The notes under the pieces were generated by a model. That model saw only the letters and a list, made by a program, of their open reading frames with translations, had not been told where the DNA came from and made no database searches. From positions 16,028 to 80,027 of the forward strand of contig JAGBTG010000042.1 in NCBI GenBank assembly GCA_017631435.1: 64,000 bases of DNA, read 5' to 3'. This document shows positions 10,687 to 21,031 of the stretch, in pieces (within the stretch, counting starts at the first letter, position 1; each line of letters opens with the position of its first letter). A program made the position numbers and the translations under genes. This DNA is from Bacteroidales bacterium (GTDB lineage Bacteria > Bacteroidota > Bacteroidia > Bacteroidales > UBA932).

Positions 10687-10722
10687 AAAAATCCACCCCT
10701 GTAAGGTGGATTTTTCTTTTTT
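10687..10722 (+). terminator. Rho-independent terminator after queA
   Basis: Stem AAAAATCCACC (10687-10697) pairs with GGTGGATTTTT (10705-10715), followed by a T-rich tail. Confidence 0.7.
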
Positions 10723-10769
10723 ATGTATCCCCTTCATTGCCGGTAAGGTAGCTTTAAGGCAAAAAAACT

Positions 10770-11837
10770 ATGGAAGAGGAGATTGTACTCAGATGTGCTA
10801 TGGCCAGGGAGTTCCTGTACAGGCCGCATGTGGCAAATGGATTGGTTCAGGAGTATGGGAGTGCACAAGGTGTGTTTGAAAGCAAGGCATTTGAAAAGGT
10901 TTTTTCTCCCGACAGCATAAAGTGGGCACAGCAGGAGGTGGAGTGGTGCTGCAGCAAAGGGGTAAAACTGATATTCAATGGGGAGAAGGATTATCCTGCA
11001 TTGCTGGCGCAGGTGCCGGATGCACCGTTCATGCTATATTATAAAGGTGAGGCGGATTTGAACAATCCCCGCAGCATCTCAATGGTGGGGACCCGCCTGG
11101 CCTCTGTATACGGGAAGGAGGCCTGCAGTATGGTGGTGGAGCATCTGTCCGAATACCTTCCTCTTGTGGTAAGCGGTCTGGCCTATGGAATAGATATAGC
11201 CTCTCATAGGGCAGCGCTGGGAAACGGGCTTCCTACGGTTGCAGTGTTGCCTAACGGATTGGATATGGTGTACCCTGCAAGGCATAGGGATGTTGCAGTT
11301 CAGATGGTGCGTGGAGGCGGAGGTCTCCTTACGGAGTTTCCCAGGGGAACCTCCCCGCAGAAAATGAATTTTGTGAAGAGGAACAGGATCATTGCAGCAA
11401 TGACCCAGGCTCTGGTTGTAGTGGAAAGCAGGGTAAAGGGTGGGTCAATGATAACGGCAGAGTATGCCAATATGTACAACAAGGATGTATTTGCTGTGCC
11501 CGGAAGGATTTCCGACCCTAATTCTTTTGGGTGCAATTATCTTATCTCCAAGAATGTGGCTGCCATATACAGTTCTGCACTCACGCTACCTACAGCGTTG
11601 GGGTGGAGTGGGGATGCCGGACTGGAGCCGGGGCTTCAACCCCAATTATTTTCCTTTGATGTTGAGAATAAGGAAAAAATATTGCTAACTTTAAAGTTTG
11701 ATACAACTGTAGATGTGGAGAAGATATGTGCAGTTACGGAGCTGGATTGGGGAGTTGTCTCCTCTTTGCTGCTGGAACTTGAACTTGAGGGGAAGGTTGT
11801 GTCAAAAGGGAGTTCGGAATATTGTTTAAGGAGATGA
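10770..11837 (+). CDS. dprA: DNA-processing protein DprA (Smf)
   Basis: Rossmann-like DprA motifs: GTRLASVYG, SGLAYGIDIASHRAAL and VVESRVKGGSMITAEYA. Confidence 0.9.
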   Translation: MEEEIVLRCAMAREFLYRPHVANGLVQEYGSAQGVFESKAFEKVFSPDSIKWAQQEVEWCCSKGVKLIFNGEKDYPALLAQVPDAPFMLYYKGEADLNNPRSISMVGTRLASVYGKEACSMVVEHLSEYLPLVVSGLAYGIDIASHRAALGNGLPTVAVLPNGLDMVYPARHRDVAVQMVRGGGGLLTEFPRGTSPQKMNFVKRNRIIAAMTQALVVVESRVKGGSMITAEYANMYNKDVFAVPGRISDPNSFGCNYLISKNVAAIYSSALTLPTALGWSGDAGLEPGLQPQLFSFDVENKEKILLTLKFDTTVDVEKICAVTELDWGVVSSLLLELELEGKVVSKGSSEYCLRR

Positions 11838-12607
11838 TACAGTTTATAGATACGCATGCCCATCTGTATGATGAGGCTTTTGACGGGGACCTTGATGAAG
11901 TTGTCGGGAAGATTAAAGGTGCCGGGGTGGTTAAATGCATTTTGCCGGCCATTGATTCCACTTCGTTTGCCCGTCAGCAGGAGGTTGCTGCAAAATACGG
12001 GGACTTTACTCCACAGGCTATGGGGTTGCACCCCACTTCAATTGGGGAGAATTGGAAGGATGAACTTGATTTTGCAGTTGCTGAGATGGAAAAGGGGGGG
12101 TACATTGCCGTTGGTGAGATAGGAATTGACGGTTATTGGAGCCGTGATTTTATAGAACAGCAGAAAGAGGCGTTCCGGGTGCAGATGGAGCTGGCATATA
12201 AGAAGGATTTGCCGGTTATCATTCATGTAAGGGAGGCTACCGATGAGGTGTTTCAGGTTCTGGATTCTCTTGGCGGGAGCATGCCGCGGGGAGTGTTCCA
12301 TGCTTTCAGCGGCAGTTGGGAGACCTATGACCGGATAAGCAGATATGGAGACTTTATGGTTGGCATAGGCGGTGTTGTTACATATAAGAATGCAGGGGTG
12401 GCCAAGAGCATTGAAAGGATACCGCTTGAGAGGATTGTGCTGGAGACGGACTGCCCGTATCTTACCCCGGTGCCTATGAGAGGCAAGAGGAATGATTCTT
12501 CGTACCTTGCATATATAGCGGAGAAGATAGCCCAGGTAAAGGGGTGCACACTGGAAGAGGTGGCTGCTGCAACTACAGCTAATGCAAAAGAAATGTTCAG
12601 ATTATAA
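11834..12607 (+). CDS. TatD family metal-dependent hydrolase
   Basis: Motifs FIDTHAHL, GEIGIDGYW, IIHVREA, HAFSGS and LETDCPYL. The ATG overlaps the dprA stop (ATGA). Confidence 0.9.
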   Translation: MIQFIDTHAHLYDEAFDGDLDEVVGKIKGAGVVKCILPAIDSTSFARQQEVAAKYGDFTPQAMGLHPTSIGENWKDELDFAVAEMEKGGYIAVGEIGIDGYWSRDFIEQQKEAFRVQMELAYKKDLPVIIHVREATDEVFQVLDSLGGSMPRGVFHAFSGSWETYDRISRYGDFMVGIGGVVTYKNAGVAKSIERIPLERIVLETDCPYLTPVPMRGKRNDSSYLAYIAEKIAQVKGCTLEEVAAATTANAKEMFRL

Positions 12608-12620
12608 TATAAAAGTCATT

Positions 12621-13652
12621 ATGCAGAAAAGGATATTGCTGCTCTACACTGGCGGTACAATAGGAATGAAGCAGGATCCGGTTACTTTGGCCCTCAAGCC
12701 GTTCAATTTCAACCAGATTCTGGAGGAGGTGCCGGAGCTCAAGAAGTTCGGGTGCGAGATAGATACCTACTCGTTTGATCCCCTCATCGATTCTTCAGAC
12801 ATGCAGCCGGAGTTCTGGGTAAGGCTTGCCGGAATGATTCAGGAGAACTACAGAAGATATGACGGCTTTGTGGTGCTCCACGGAACTGATACCATGTCAT
12901 ACACAGCCTCGGCGTTGAGTTTCATGTTTGAGAACCTTGCAAAGCCGGTAGTCCTTACCGGAAGCCAGCTCCCTATAGGTATGCTCCGCACAGACGGTAA
13001 GGAGAACCTCATTTCCTCAATAGAGATTGCCTCTTCAGCAGATGCGAACGGGAACCCTGTGGTACCTGAAGTGTGCATCTATTTTGATGCCCACCTTTAC
13101 AGGGGCAACCGCACCACCAAATACAACGCGGAGAACTTCAGGGCATTCAGGTCTGCAAACTTCCCGGTTCTGGCAGATGTGGGCATCCATATAAAGTTCA
13201 ACCCCAACAACATCCTTCTTCCCGACAGTTTTTCGGAACCTCTGAGGATATCAACATCCCTCGATACAAGGGTTGCAGTACTGAAGATTTTTCCGGGCAT
13301 TACCCGCGAAGTGGTGGATGCAGTTCTGGGAATGGATGGAATCAGGGGTGTGGTGCTTGAAACATTCGGCTCAGGCAATGCTCCAACTGCAGGATGGTTT
13401 GTGGAAAGGGTGAAAAATGCCGTACGCAAAGGGCTTCTTGTACTCAATGTAACGCAATGCCAGGCAGGCAAGGTGGACATGGATGCTTATGCCACCGGCA
13501 TTGCACTAAAAAATGAGGGGGTTATAAGCGGTTATGACAGCACGTTTGAGGCGGCTGTAACCAAGATGTTCTATGTGCTGGGCCAGACAGAAGATCTGGT
13601 TGAGGCTAAAAGATTGTTAAACAGTAATTTAAGAGGTGAAATAACAATTTAG
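12621..13652 (+). CDS. ansA: Type I L-asparaginase
   Basis: Motifs LLLYTGGTIGM and HGTDTMSYTASAL. The ATG at 12621 is preferred because the track start at 12582 overlaps the tatD-like gene. Confidence 0.9.
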   Translation: MQKRILLLYTGGTIGMKQDPVTLALKPFNFNQILEEVPELKKFGCEIDTYSFDPLIDSSDMQPEFWVRLAGMIQENYRRYDGFVVLHGTDTMSYTASALSFMFENLAKPVVLTGSQLPIGMLRTDGKENLISSIEIASSADANGNPVVPEVCIYFDAHLYRGNRTTKYNAENFRAFRSANFPVLADVGIHIKFNPNNILLPDSFSEPLRISTSLDTRVAVLKIFPGITREVVDAVLGMDGIRGVVLETFGSGNAPTAGWFVERVKNAVRKGLLVLNVTQCQAGKVDMDAYATGIALKNEGVISGYDSTFEAAVTKMFYVLGQTEDLVEAKRLLNSNLRGEITI

Positions 13653-13771
13653 CCACAATTTAATTGCTGTGGTTTGGATTTTTTTACGTAAATTGCGCGG
13701 AAATTTATAGTGTGAACACAAAACTATAACTATTTAAATACATTGTTTAATTAAAAATTTCAAAAAAAATT

Positions 13772-14521
13772 ATGAAAAAATTTTTCATGTTTTTGGCAGT
13801 TATCGGCTTCGTAGCTCTAGCTGCTAATGATCTAGTAGCTCAGACTAATGACGCTGCAGCTCAGGAGCTTCTTGCAGGTGCTGCTTCTGAGGCACCAGTT
13901 TACCAGCAGATTAAAGCTAAATTCATTGATGGTGGTGTAGGCTTTATGGCTTCTATCCTTCTATGTCTTATCCTTGGTCTTGCAGTTGCAATTGAGAGAA
14001 TCATTTACCTTTCACTTTCAACTACCAACACTTCTAAACTGATTGCTAAAGTTGAGGAGGCTCTTGCTAACGGTGGCGTTGAGGCTGCTCTTGAGGTTTG
14101 CCGCAATACTCGTGGTCCAGTAGCTTCTATTTTCTACCAGGGTCTTAGCAGAATGGATCAGGGTCTAGAGGCTGTTGAGAAATCAGTAGTTTCTTACGGT
14201 GGCGTTCAGGCTGCTCAGCTTGAGACTGGTCTTACTTGGTTGTCATTGTTCATCGCAATGTCTCCAAACCTTGGTTTCTTGGGTACAGTTATCGGTATGA
14301 TCGGTGCATTTGATGCTATCCAGGCTGCTGGTGACATTTCACCTATCGTTGTAGCTTCAGGTATTAAAGTTGCGTTGATTACTACAGTTGCCGGTTTGAT
14401 CGTTGCTCTTATTCTTCAGGTGTTCTTCAACTACATCACTGCAAAAATTGAGGGTCTAGTTATCACTATGGAGGATGCTTCAGTATCATTGATCGACATT
14501 TTAGTAAAAGCAAAAAAATAA
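13772..14521 (+). CDS. exbB: MotA/TolQ/ExbB proton-channel protein
   Basis: Signal peptide, three TM helices and the conserved LGFLGTVIGMIGAF segment. Confidence 0.9.
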   Translation: MKKFFMFLAVIGFVALAANDLVAQTNDAAAQELLAGAASEAPVYQQIKAKFIDGGVGFMASILLCLILGLAVAIERIIYLSLSTTNTSKLIAKVEEALANGGVEAALEVCRNTRGPVASIFYQGLSRMDQGLEAVEKSVVSYGGVQAAQLETGLTWLSLFIAMSPNLGFLGTVIGMIGAFDAIQAAGDISPIVVASGIKVALITTVAGLIVALILQVFFNYITAKIEGLVITMEDASVSLIDILVKAKK

Positions 14522-14527
14522 TTTGAA

Positions 14528-14938
14528 ATGAAACTAGTAAAATATTTATATTATTTACTACTAGCTGTTTCTGCAGTACTTATCATTGCTTTCTATGCAA
14601 TGGGTACTCCTGAGACTATGGTGTCAACAATCTTGAATTGGGCATACGTACTTGTAGGCATTGCTCTTGTAAGTATGATCGTACTTCCTCTTTTCTTCAA
14701 ATCAGGTAAGAAAGTTCAGAAGTCTTCATTGATTGCTTATGGCATCTTTGCAGTAGTAGTTCTTGTAGCAGTATTCTGCTCTAGCGATGCAGCACTTGAG
14801 GGTGTTACAACCAGCGTTGAGCCAACTGCTTCAGATTTGAAATTTACCGACGGTGGTGTAATGGCTGCAGGTCTTTTGATTGCTGTATCATTTATTGCAA
14901 TCATTGCAGGTAGCCTAAAAAGTATGTTTAGTAAATAA
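14528..14938 (+). CDS. Small multi-pass membrane protein within the exbB-exbD block
   Basis: Four predicted TM helices. Tightly spaced between exbB and exbD. No motif recognised. Confidence 0.7.
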   Translation: MKLVKYLYYLLLAVSAVLIIAFYAMGTPETMVSTILNWAYVLVGIALVSMIVLPLFFKSGKKVQKSSLIAYGIFAVVVLVAVFCSSDAALEGVTTSVEPTASDLKFTDGGVMAAGLLIAVSFIAIIAGSLKSMFSK

Positions 14939-14955
14939 TAAAACCTAAAAAAGAT

Positions 14956-15534
14956 ATGGCAAAACCACTTCCAGCGTTAAATACAACTTCAACTGGTGAT
15001 ATTGCGTTCTTGTTGCTTATCTTCTTCTTGGTTGCCACTACAATGGATGTAGATAAAGGTCTTGACAGACGTCTGCCTCCTATGCCTGATGAGAACCAGA
15101 AACAGCAGGATATTAAGGTAAACCGTAGAAACATTGTTGTTGTTAGAATTAACGCACAAGATAGAATTTTGGCTGGTGGTACTCCTATGGATGTAACACA
15201 GGTTAAAGATAAAATCAAGGAGTTCATCCTTAACCCAGCCAATAGCGAGTCTCTTCCTGAGAAAGAGATGAAGGAGATCGAGGGATTTGGCCAGTATGCC
15301 GTTTCAAAAGGTGTTGTTTCTTTGCAGAATGACCGTGGTACAAGTTATAGCGCTTATCTTAAAGTACAGAATGAGATTGTAAAGGCGTTTAATGAGATCC
15401 GTGATGATTTTGCAATGAGCGCTTTTGGCTCAAAATACCGCGATTTGGATAAAGACCAGCAGAAGATTGTCCGTGAGGCAATTCCGCAGTCAATTTCAGA
15501 GGCAGAGCCTAAAGATGTTTCTAAAAAAAGATAA
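14956..15534 (+). CDS. exbD: ExbD/TolR biopolymer transport protein
   Basis: N-terminal TM with the typical DIAFLLLIFFLVATTM segment. Confidence 0.88.
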   Translation: MAKPLPALNTTSTGDIAFLLLIFFLVATTMDVDKGLDRRLPPMPDENQKQQDIKVNRRNIVVVRINAQDRILAGGTPMDVTQVKDKIKEFILNPANSESLPEKEMKEIEGFGQYAVSKGVVSLQNDRGTSYSAYLKVQNEIVKAFNEIRDDFAMSAFGSKYRDLDKDQQKIVREAIPQSISEAEPKDVSKKR

Positions 15535-15549
15535 TAGGAGGATATAAAG

Positions 15550-16023
15550 ATGGCAAAATTTAGAAATAAAGGAAAGAGACAACTTGCAAGTTTCTCAATG
15601 TCTTCTACCTCTGATATTATCTTCATGCTTATCTTCTTCTTCATGGTGTCAACTACCATGCGTGAGGGTGAGAAACTGGTTATGGTAAAACTGCCAGAGG
15701 CAACAGAGACAGCAAAATTGGAACGTAAAGACTTGGCTTCTTACATTAATATTGGTACTCCTGTTAAAGACAAACAGGCTGAGTATGGTACTGACGCACG
15801 TATCCAGTTGAACGATTCTTTCAGAAACGTTTCAGATATCCGTGACTTCATTGCAGTAGAGCGTGAGGCTATGGGTGAGGGTGACCGTCCGTTCATGACA
15901 ACTGTTATCAAAGCAGACGAGAATGTTCGTATGGGTATCATCAGTGATGTAAAACAAGAGCTCAGACGTTGTTCTGCTCTTAAGATTATGTACTCTGCAA
16001 GAACTGTAGATAAAGTAAGATAA
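15550..16023 (+). CDS. exbD: ExbD/TolR biopolymer transport protein (second copy)
   Basis: TM segment SDIIFMLIFFFMVSTTM plus an ExbD-like periplasmic domain. Confidence 0.88.
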   Translation: MAKFRNKGKRQLASFSMSSTSDIIFMLIFFFMVSTTMREGEKLVMVKLPEATETAKLERKDLASYINIGTPVKDKQAEYGTDARIQLNDSFRNVSDIRDFIAVEREAMGEGDRPFMTTVIKADENVRMGIISDVKQELRRCSALKIMYSARTVDKVR

Positions 16024-16046
16024 TCTGAAGAGTTTGAATATAAAAG

Positions 16047-16079
16047 AAAAGGGGTGGCTTCATTGCCACCCTTTTTTTG
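16047..16079 (+). terminator. Rho-independent terminator after the exbD pair
   Basis: Stem GGGTGGC (16052-16058) pairs with GCCACCC (16065-16071), followed by a T7 run. Confidence 0.7.
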
Positions 16080-16109
16080 TATATTTGCGATTATCTAAAA
16101 TATATAATT

Positions 16110-17327
16110 ATGAGTAATTGTTTGCGTAGAATGCTGTTGGTTGCAGCGGTTGCAATAATGGCTGTTTCGTGTGGAAAAGAGAAACAGGCAAAGTATGTTT
16201 TCTATTTTATTGGCGATGGCATGGGCTTTTCACATATCTCTTTAACTGAGGGGTATAAGGCTACAGTTGAGGGGAAGATAGGGAATGAGCCCCTATGCTT
16301 TACTCAGTTTCCGGTAATGGGAATGGCTACTTCTTACTCTGCCAACAAGTACATTACCTGTTCGTCAGCGGCAGGTACGGCTTTGGCTACTGGTACCAAG
16401 ACCAACAACGGCATGTTGGGCACTACTCCCGACAGCTCAAATCTCACAGCAATCTCTTACAAGATTCATAAAGCAGGTATTCCTGTAGGTGTTACAACTT
16501 CAGTTACAATAGATCATGCAACGCCGGGTGCCTTTTATGCAAATTCTACTGCAAGAAGCGATTATTACAGCATTGGAGAGCAGCTTGCAACTTCCGGGTT
16601 TGAATTCTTTGGTGGTGGCGGTTTCTACGGAGCGAAAGATAAGAGGGAGGCTGAGAAATCATTGTATGACCTTGCTGCTGAAAACGGCTATTCAATAGCT
16701 TATGGAATTGACGAATATGCTGCGGCAAAAGATGGGGCTGAAAAGATGATCCTTTTCCAGAAGATGGAGAAGAGAAACAATGATCTTCCTTATGTTACTG
16801 AGAGGCAGGAGGGTGATCTTGAACTTCCTCAGGTAGTGGAAAAGGCCATTGATTTTCTGGACAACAGCAAAGGCTTCTTCCTTATGGTAGAGGGTGGCAA
16901 AATTGACTGGGCAGCACATTCAAATGATTTGGCCGGAACAATCTTTGAAATGCTTGATTTTGACCAGGCAATTGCAGTTGCATATGAATTCTACAAGAAG
17001 CATCCCCAGGAGACCCTTATTGTAGTTACAGCTGACCATGAGACCGGTGGCGTTACCCTTGGAAGGGAAAAGGGTTATGCATATGACCTTTCAGTTGTGA
17101 AACAAGCGGAAAAGGCAACAGAAGGTACAGATGTTTCCAATTATATGAATGACATTTCAAAGGATTCCCTTTCTGTAGTGGCCAAGATAGGTTGGACAAC
17201 CACATCGCATACCGGAGGGGCAGTACCGGTGTTTGCTGTAGGTGCCGGCAGTGGAATGTTTGCCGGAAGACAGGACAATACAGATATTCCAAAGAAGATC
17301 TGTAAAGCAATGGGTGTTGAATTCTAA
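16110..17327 (+). CDS. Alkaline phosphatase (PhoA family), probable lipoprotein
   Basis: Motifs IGDGMG, the serine region CSSAAGTALATGTKT and TADHETGG, plus a lipobox (AVSCG). The ATG at 16110 is preferred over the TTG at 16077. A TATATTTG box lies at 16080-16087. Confidence 0.88.
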   Translation: MSNCLRRMLLVAAVAIMAVSCGKEKQAKYVFYFIGDGMGFSHISLTEGYKATVEGKIGNEPLCFTQFPVMGMATSYSANKYITCSSAAGTALATGTKTNNGMLGTTPDSSNLTAISYKIHKAGIPVGVTTSVTIDHATPGAFYANSTARSDYYSIGEQLATSGFEFFGGGGFYGAKDKREAEKSLYDLAAENGYSIAYGIDEYAAAKDGAEKMILFQKMEKRNNDLPYVTERQEGDLELPQVVEKAIDFLDNSKGFFLMVEGGKIDWAAHSNDLAGTIFEMLDFDQAIAVAYEFYKKHPQETLIVVTADHETGGVTLGREKGYAYDLSVVKQAEKATEGTDVSNYMNDISKDSLSVVAKIGWTTTSHTGGAVPVFAVGAGSGMFAGRQDNTDIPKKICKAMGVEF

Positions 17328-17339
17328 AAACTTGATGAT

Positions 17340-18878
17340 ATGAAAAAACTGTTTGTAATTATTTTGGCAGCTCTTGTATCTGGAGCTTTGCAAGGGTGTG
17401 CAACTGAGGTTCAGGACAACACCGGAAGGGAGTTCAGAGGCGGTTGGATCCACATTGTAGGCAATACAAAAATTAAGGATATGAGCCGCGCAGAGGTTCA
17501 GGCAATGTTTGTGGAGGTGTTGGATTCCATGCAGACTGCAGGTTGCAATGCTGTGATTTTCCAGGTAAGGCCTTGCGCAGATGCATTCTACAAATCTGAT
17601 GTGGAGCCTTGGAGCAGATATTTGTCGGGAGTACAGGGTGTGGCCCCTGCTGAGGAGTGGGATCCTATGGAGTTCATGATCCAGGAGAGTCATAAAAGGG
17701 GTATGGAGTTCCATGCATGGTGCAACCCGTACAGGGTTACTTTGCTTGAGGAGGATTCTTTGTGTGCAGAGCACCTCTATTTCCAGCATCCCGAGATTTT
17801 TGTAAAGCATGGCAAGCAGTTGTATTTCAACCCTGCCGAGCCGCTTTCAAGGGATTTTACAACCAAGGCAATTGCAGATATCGTAAACCGCTATGATATT
17901 GAGGCAGTCCATTTTGACGATTATTTCTACCCATATCCTATTGCAGGAGTTGAGTTCAACGATTCATTGGCATTTGAGAGATATACAACTGCACAGGGTA
18001 TTGATGTGGCAGATTCTACAGAGTACCAGAGAGTGTTGGGAGACTGGAGAAGGGAGAATGTAGAGTTGCTTATCAAACAGTTGAATGATACTATAAAGGA
18101 GATAAAACCTTGGGTAAGATTTGGTATCAGCCCATTTGGAATCCACAGGAACAAGAAGGATACTCCCGACGGATCGGGCAGCAACACCAACGGCCTTTCA
18201 AACTATGATGAGCTTTATGCGGATGTTCCACATTGGGCAGAGATTGGCATCATTGATTATGTAGTGCCTCAGCTTTATTGGGAGATTGGCCATAAGAGGG
18301 CATGTTATGAGATCCTTATCAACTGGTGGAACGACACCTGGAAGAGAGGTCACCTTTACATTGGCCAGAGCGTGGGTTCATTCAGCAAGCCTGATGTGAA
18401 CAACCCTGAGATTGACCAGACCGAGGCCAAGATGAAACTTGTAAGGGATCTTCCTAATGTTCACGGTAATGTGTGGTGGCCTGCATGGAGCCTTGTGAGA
18501 AACTCTGCAAATATGCAGTATAACTTGAGGACTAACTATCAGAAGGTTCCTGCTTTGATTCCTTCTTATCACTGGCTAGACAGCAAGGCCCCTAAGGGTG
18601 TTGAGGCAATTGCATCTGCAGAGGGTAAGATTACCTGGAAGCAGAATGCCCAGGATGCTGCAGATCCTATGCAGAAGTCTTTGTTCTATGCAGTATACTA
18701 TTTCCCTGCAGGTGTTAAGGCAGACAAGGCGAACAAGGAGTGTCTGATCAAACTGGTTCCTGATGCTGAGTTTGATACAGCAATGAACCCTGCCCATGCA
18801 GAGGGTGGCCAGTATGTGGTTACAGTTGTTGACCGTTGCTGGAATGAGAGCAAGGGTTCACAGGTGGTTAAGTTTTAA
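17340..18878 (+). CDS. Glycoside-hydrolase-like family 10 (GHL10/DUF187-type) lipoprotein
   Basis: Lipobox LQGC. The N-terminal TIM-barrel-like region (RGGWIHIV...NAVIFQVRP...FHAWCNPY) is typical of GHL10 proteins. Confidence 0.7.
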   Translation: MKKLFVIILAALVSGALQGCATEVQDNTGREFRGGWIHIVGNTKIKDMSRAEVQAMFVEVLDSMQTAGCNAVIFQVRPCADAFYKSDVEPWSRYLSGVQGVAPAEEWDPMEFMIQESHKRGMEFHAWCNPYRVTLLEEDSLCAEHLYFQHPEIFVKHGKQLYFNPAEPLSRDFTTKAIADIVNRYDIEAVHFDDYFYPYPIAGVEFNDSLAFERYTTAQGIDVADSTEYQRVLGDWRRENVELLIKQLNDTIKEIKPWVRFGISPFGIHRNKKDTPDGSGSNTNGLSNYDELYADVPHWAEIGIIDYVVPQLYWEIGHKRACYEILINWWNDTWKRGHLYIGQSVGSFSKPDVNNPEIDQTEAKMKLVRDLPNVHGNVWWPAWSLVRNSANMQYNLRTNYQKVPALIPSYHWLDSKAPKGVEAIASAEGKITWKQNAQDAADPMQKSLFYAVYYFPAGVKADKANKECLIKLVPDAEFDTAMNPAHAEGGQYVVTVVDRCWNESKGSQVVKF

Positions 18879-18904
18879 TTTGTCGGGAAGAAAAAACTAG
18901 ATAT

Positions 18905-19588
18905 ATGAAGAAAATTTTTGCATTGATGCTTGCTTGTATGGTTATGGGTACCGGCCTGTATGCGCAGAAAAAATACAGTGACCACTACTACAAGAGGACT
19001 GCCCAGTTTGAGCAGGAGCGTCCGGTGAATTCAAATGATTATGTGATGTTGGGCGACTCCCTTACTGAAGGGGGCGACTGGGCCACTTTGTTTAAGGATT
19101 GGCTTCCTACAGGGATTTCTGTGGTGAACAGGGGTATTGTGGGTGATGATGCTCCGGGCATTTATGACAGGTTGCATCAGATCTTGCCGGGCAATCCAAA
19201 GAAGATTTTCCTTCTTGTGGGTGTGAATGACATCAGCCACCAGATTACTGCAGACAGTGTCCTTACAGACATTGAGAGAGTGGTTAAAACTATTAGAAAA
19301 GAGTGCCCTAAGACCAAGCTTTATATACAGTCTTTGCTCCCTTACAACTTTGACAAGTGTATCTACAAGACCATGAACAAGGTTGACAAGACCCCGGTTA
19401 TCCGTGACGTGAACAAAGGTTTGAAGAAGATGGCCCGCAAGTATAATGTGAAGTTCATTTACCTTTACGATTACTTTAAGGCTCCGGGTTCTTTGCATCT
19501 TGATGCCCAGTTTACCAAAGATGGTCTGCACATTAATAAGGCTGCATACGAGATTTGGGCAAATGCTTTGAAAAAGTATGTAAAATAA
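18905..19588 (+). CDS. SGNH/GDSL hydrolase family esterase
   Basis: Signal peptide and SGNH blocks GDSLTEGG, GVNDI and DGLHIN. Confidence 0.85.
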   Translation: MKKIFALMLACMVMGTGLYAQKKYSDHYYKRTAQFEQERPVNSNDYVMLGDSLTEGGDWATLFKDWLPTGISVVNRGIVGDDAPGIYDRLHQILPGNPKKIFLLVGVNDISHQITADSVLTDIERVVKTIRKECPKTKLYIQSLLPYNFDKCIYKTMNKVDKTPVIRDVNKGLKKMARKYNVKFIYLYDYFKAPGSLHLDAQFTKDGLHINKAAYEIWANALKKYVK

Positions 19589-19592
19589 TTCT

Positions 19593-19600
19593 TAACTTTG
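19593..19600 (+). promoter_or_regulatory. Bacteroidota-type -7 promoter box for asnS
   Basis: TAACTTTG lies 35 nt upstream of ATG 19636, with a TTTG at 19567-19570 at about -33 spacing. Confidence 0.35.
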
Positions 19601-19635
19601 CATCTTTAGGTTGATTAAGAAAATTTCATATAAAG

Positions 19636-21030
19636 ATGAGTGAGATCAAAAAAATGAGAATCGCCCAGTTGCTCAGCCAGACTCCAGGTGTTGAGGTAGT
19701 GGCAAAAGGTTGGGTAAGAACCAAAAGAGGAAACAAGAACGTAGCCTTCATTGCTTTGAATGACGGTTCTACTGTAAATAATATTCAGGTTGTATGTGAT
19801 GCTGCACTTTTCTCTGAGGAGCAGTTGAAGAACATCACTACAGGTGCTTGTATTGCTGTTAAAGGAGATCTTGTAGAGTCTATGGGTAAAGGCCAGAGCG
19901 TTGAGATCCAGGCTAAGGAGATTGAGATTTACGGTACAGCAGATGTTGAGACCTATCCTTTGCAGAAGAAAGGCCACAGCATGGAGTTCCTACGTGAGAT
20001 TGCACATTTGAGACCTCGTACAAACACTTTCGGTTGTGTGTTGAGAATCAGGCATGCAATGGCGTTTGCCATCCACAAATATTTCAATGACAGAGGTTTC
20101 TGCTACTTGCACACTCCACTTATCACAGCAAGTGACTGTGAGGGTGCCGGTGCAATGTTCCAGGTAACCACAATGGATTTGAACAATATCCCTAAAACAG
20201 AGAACGGTGAGGTTGATTTCTCAAACGATTTCTTTGGCAGACAGACTGCACTTACAGTGAGCGGACAGCTTGAGGGTGAGCTTGGAGCTATGGCTCTTGG
20301 CCAGATCTACACCTTTGGCCCTACTTTCCGTGCTGAGAACTCAAATACTCCAAGACACTTGGCAGAGTTCTGGATGGTTGAGCCTGAGATGGCATTCTTT
20401 GAGATTGAGGACAACATGGACCTTGCAGAGGATTTCATCAAATACTGTGTGAAATATGCTTTGGACAACTGCATGGACGACCTCAGGTTCTTGAACGACA
20501 TGTTTGACAAAGAGCTTATCAGCCGTCTTGAGAGCGTAATCTCAACTGAGTTTGTAAGACTTTCTTACACAGAGGGAGTTGATATCCTTCTTAAGAGCGG
20601 TGAGAAGTTTGAGTTCCCTGTATCATGGGGCGTTGACCTTCAGAGCGAGCACGAGAGATACCTTGTTGAGAAACACTTCAAGAAACCGGTTATCCTTACA
20701 GACTACCCTAAAGACATCAAGGCATTCTACATGAAACAGAATGAGGATGGCAAGACTGTAAGGGCAATGGACGTATTGTTCCCTAAGATTGGTGAGATCA
20801 TTGGAGGTTCACAGAGAGAGGAGAGCTACGAGAAGTTGCAGGCACGTATTGAGGAGCTAGGTATGGATACTACCAACCTATGGTGGTACATGGATACCCG
20901 CCGCTTTGGTTCAGCACCTCACAGCGGTTTTGGTTTGGGCTTTGAGAGACTTCTTCTGTTCGTAACCGGTATGCAGAACATCAGAGACGTGATCCCATTC
21001 CCAAGAACCCCTAAATCTGCAGAGTTCTAG
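19636..21030 (+). CDS. asnS: Asparagine--tRNA ligase
   Basis: Class II aaRS with an N-terminal OB fold. Motifs [17 protein letters not shown] and [15 protein letters not shown]. Confidence 0.95.
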   Translation: MSEIKKMRIAQLLSQTPGVEVVAKGWVRTKRGNKNVAFIALNDGSTVNNIQVVCDAALFSEEQLKNITTGACIAVKGDLVESMGKGQSVEIQAKEIEIYGTADVETYPLQKKGHSMEFLREIAHLRPRTNTFGCVLRIRHAMAFAIHKYFNDRGFCYLHTPLITASDCEGAGAMFQVTTMDLNNIPKTENGEVDFSNDFFGRQTALTVSGQLEGELGAMALGQIYTFGPTFRAENSNTPRHLAEFWMVEPEMAFFEIEDNMDLAEDFIKYCVKYALDNCMDDLRFLNDMFDKELISRLESVISTEFVRLSYTEGVDILLKSGEKFEFPVSWGVDLQSEHERYLVEKHFKKPVILTDYPKDIKAFYMKQNEDGKTVRAMDVLFPKIGEIIGGSQREESYEKLQARIEELGMDTTNLWWYMDTRRFGSAPHSGFGLGFERLLLFVTGMQNIRDVIPFPRTPKSAEF

Positions 21031-21031
21031 A

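Noticed and set aside
13772-16023. An exbB-hyp-exbD-exbD block without an adjacent tonB gene.
   Set aside because: A TonB/TolA-like protein is encoded 5 kb downstream (21032-21757), and TonB genes are often unlinked. This is ordinary variation.
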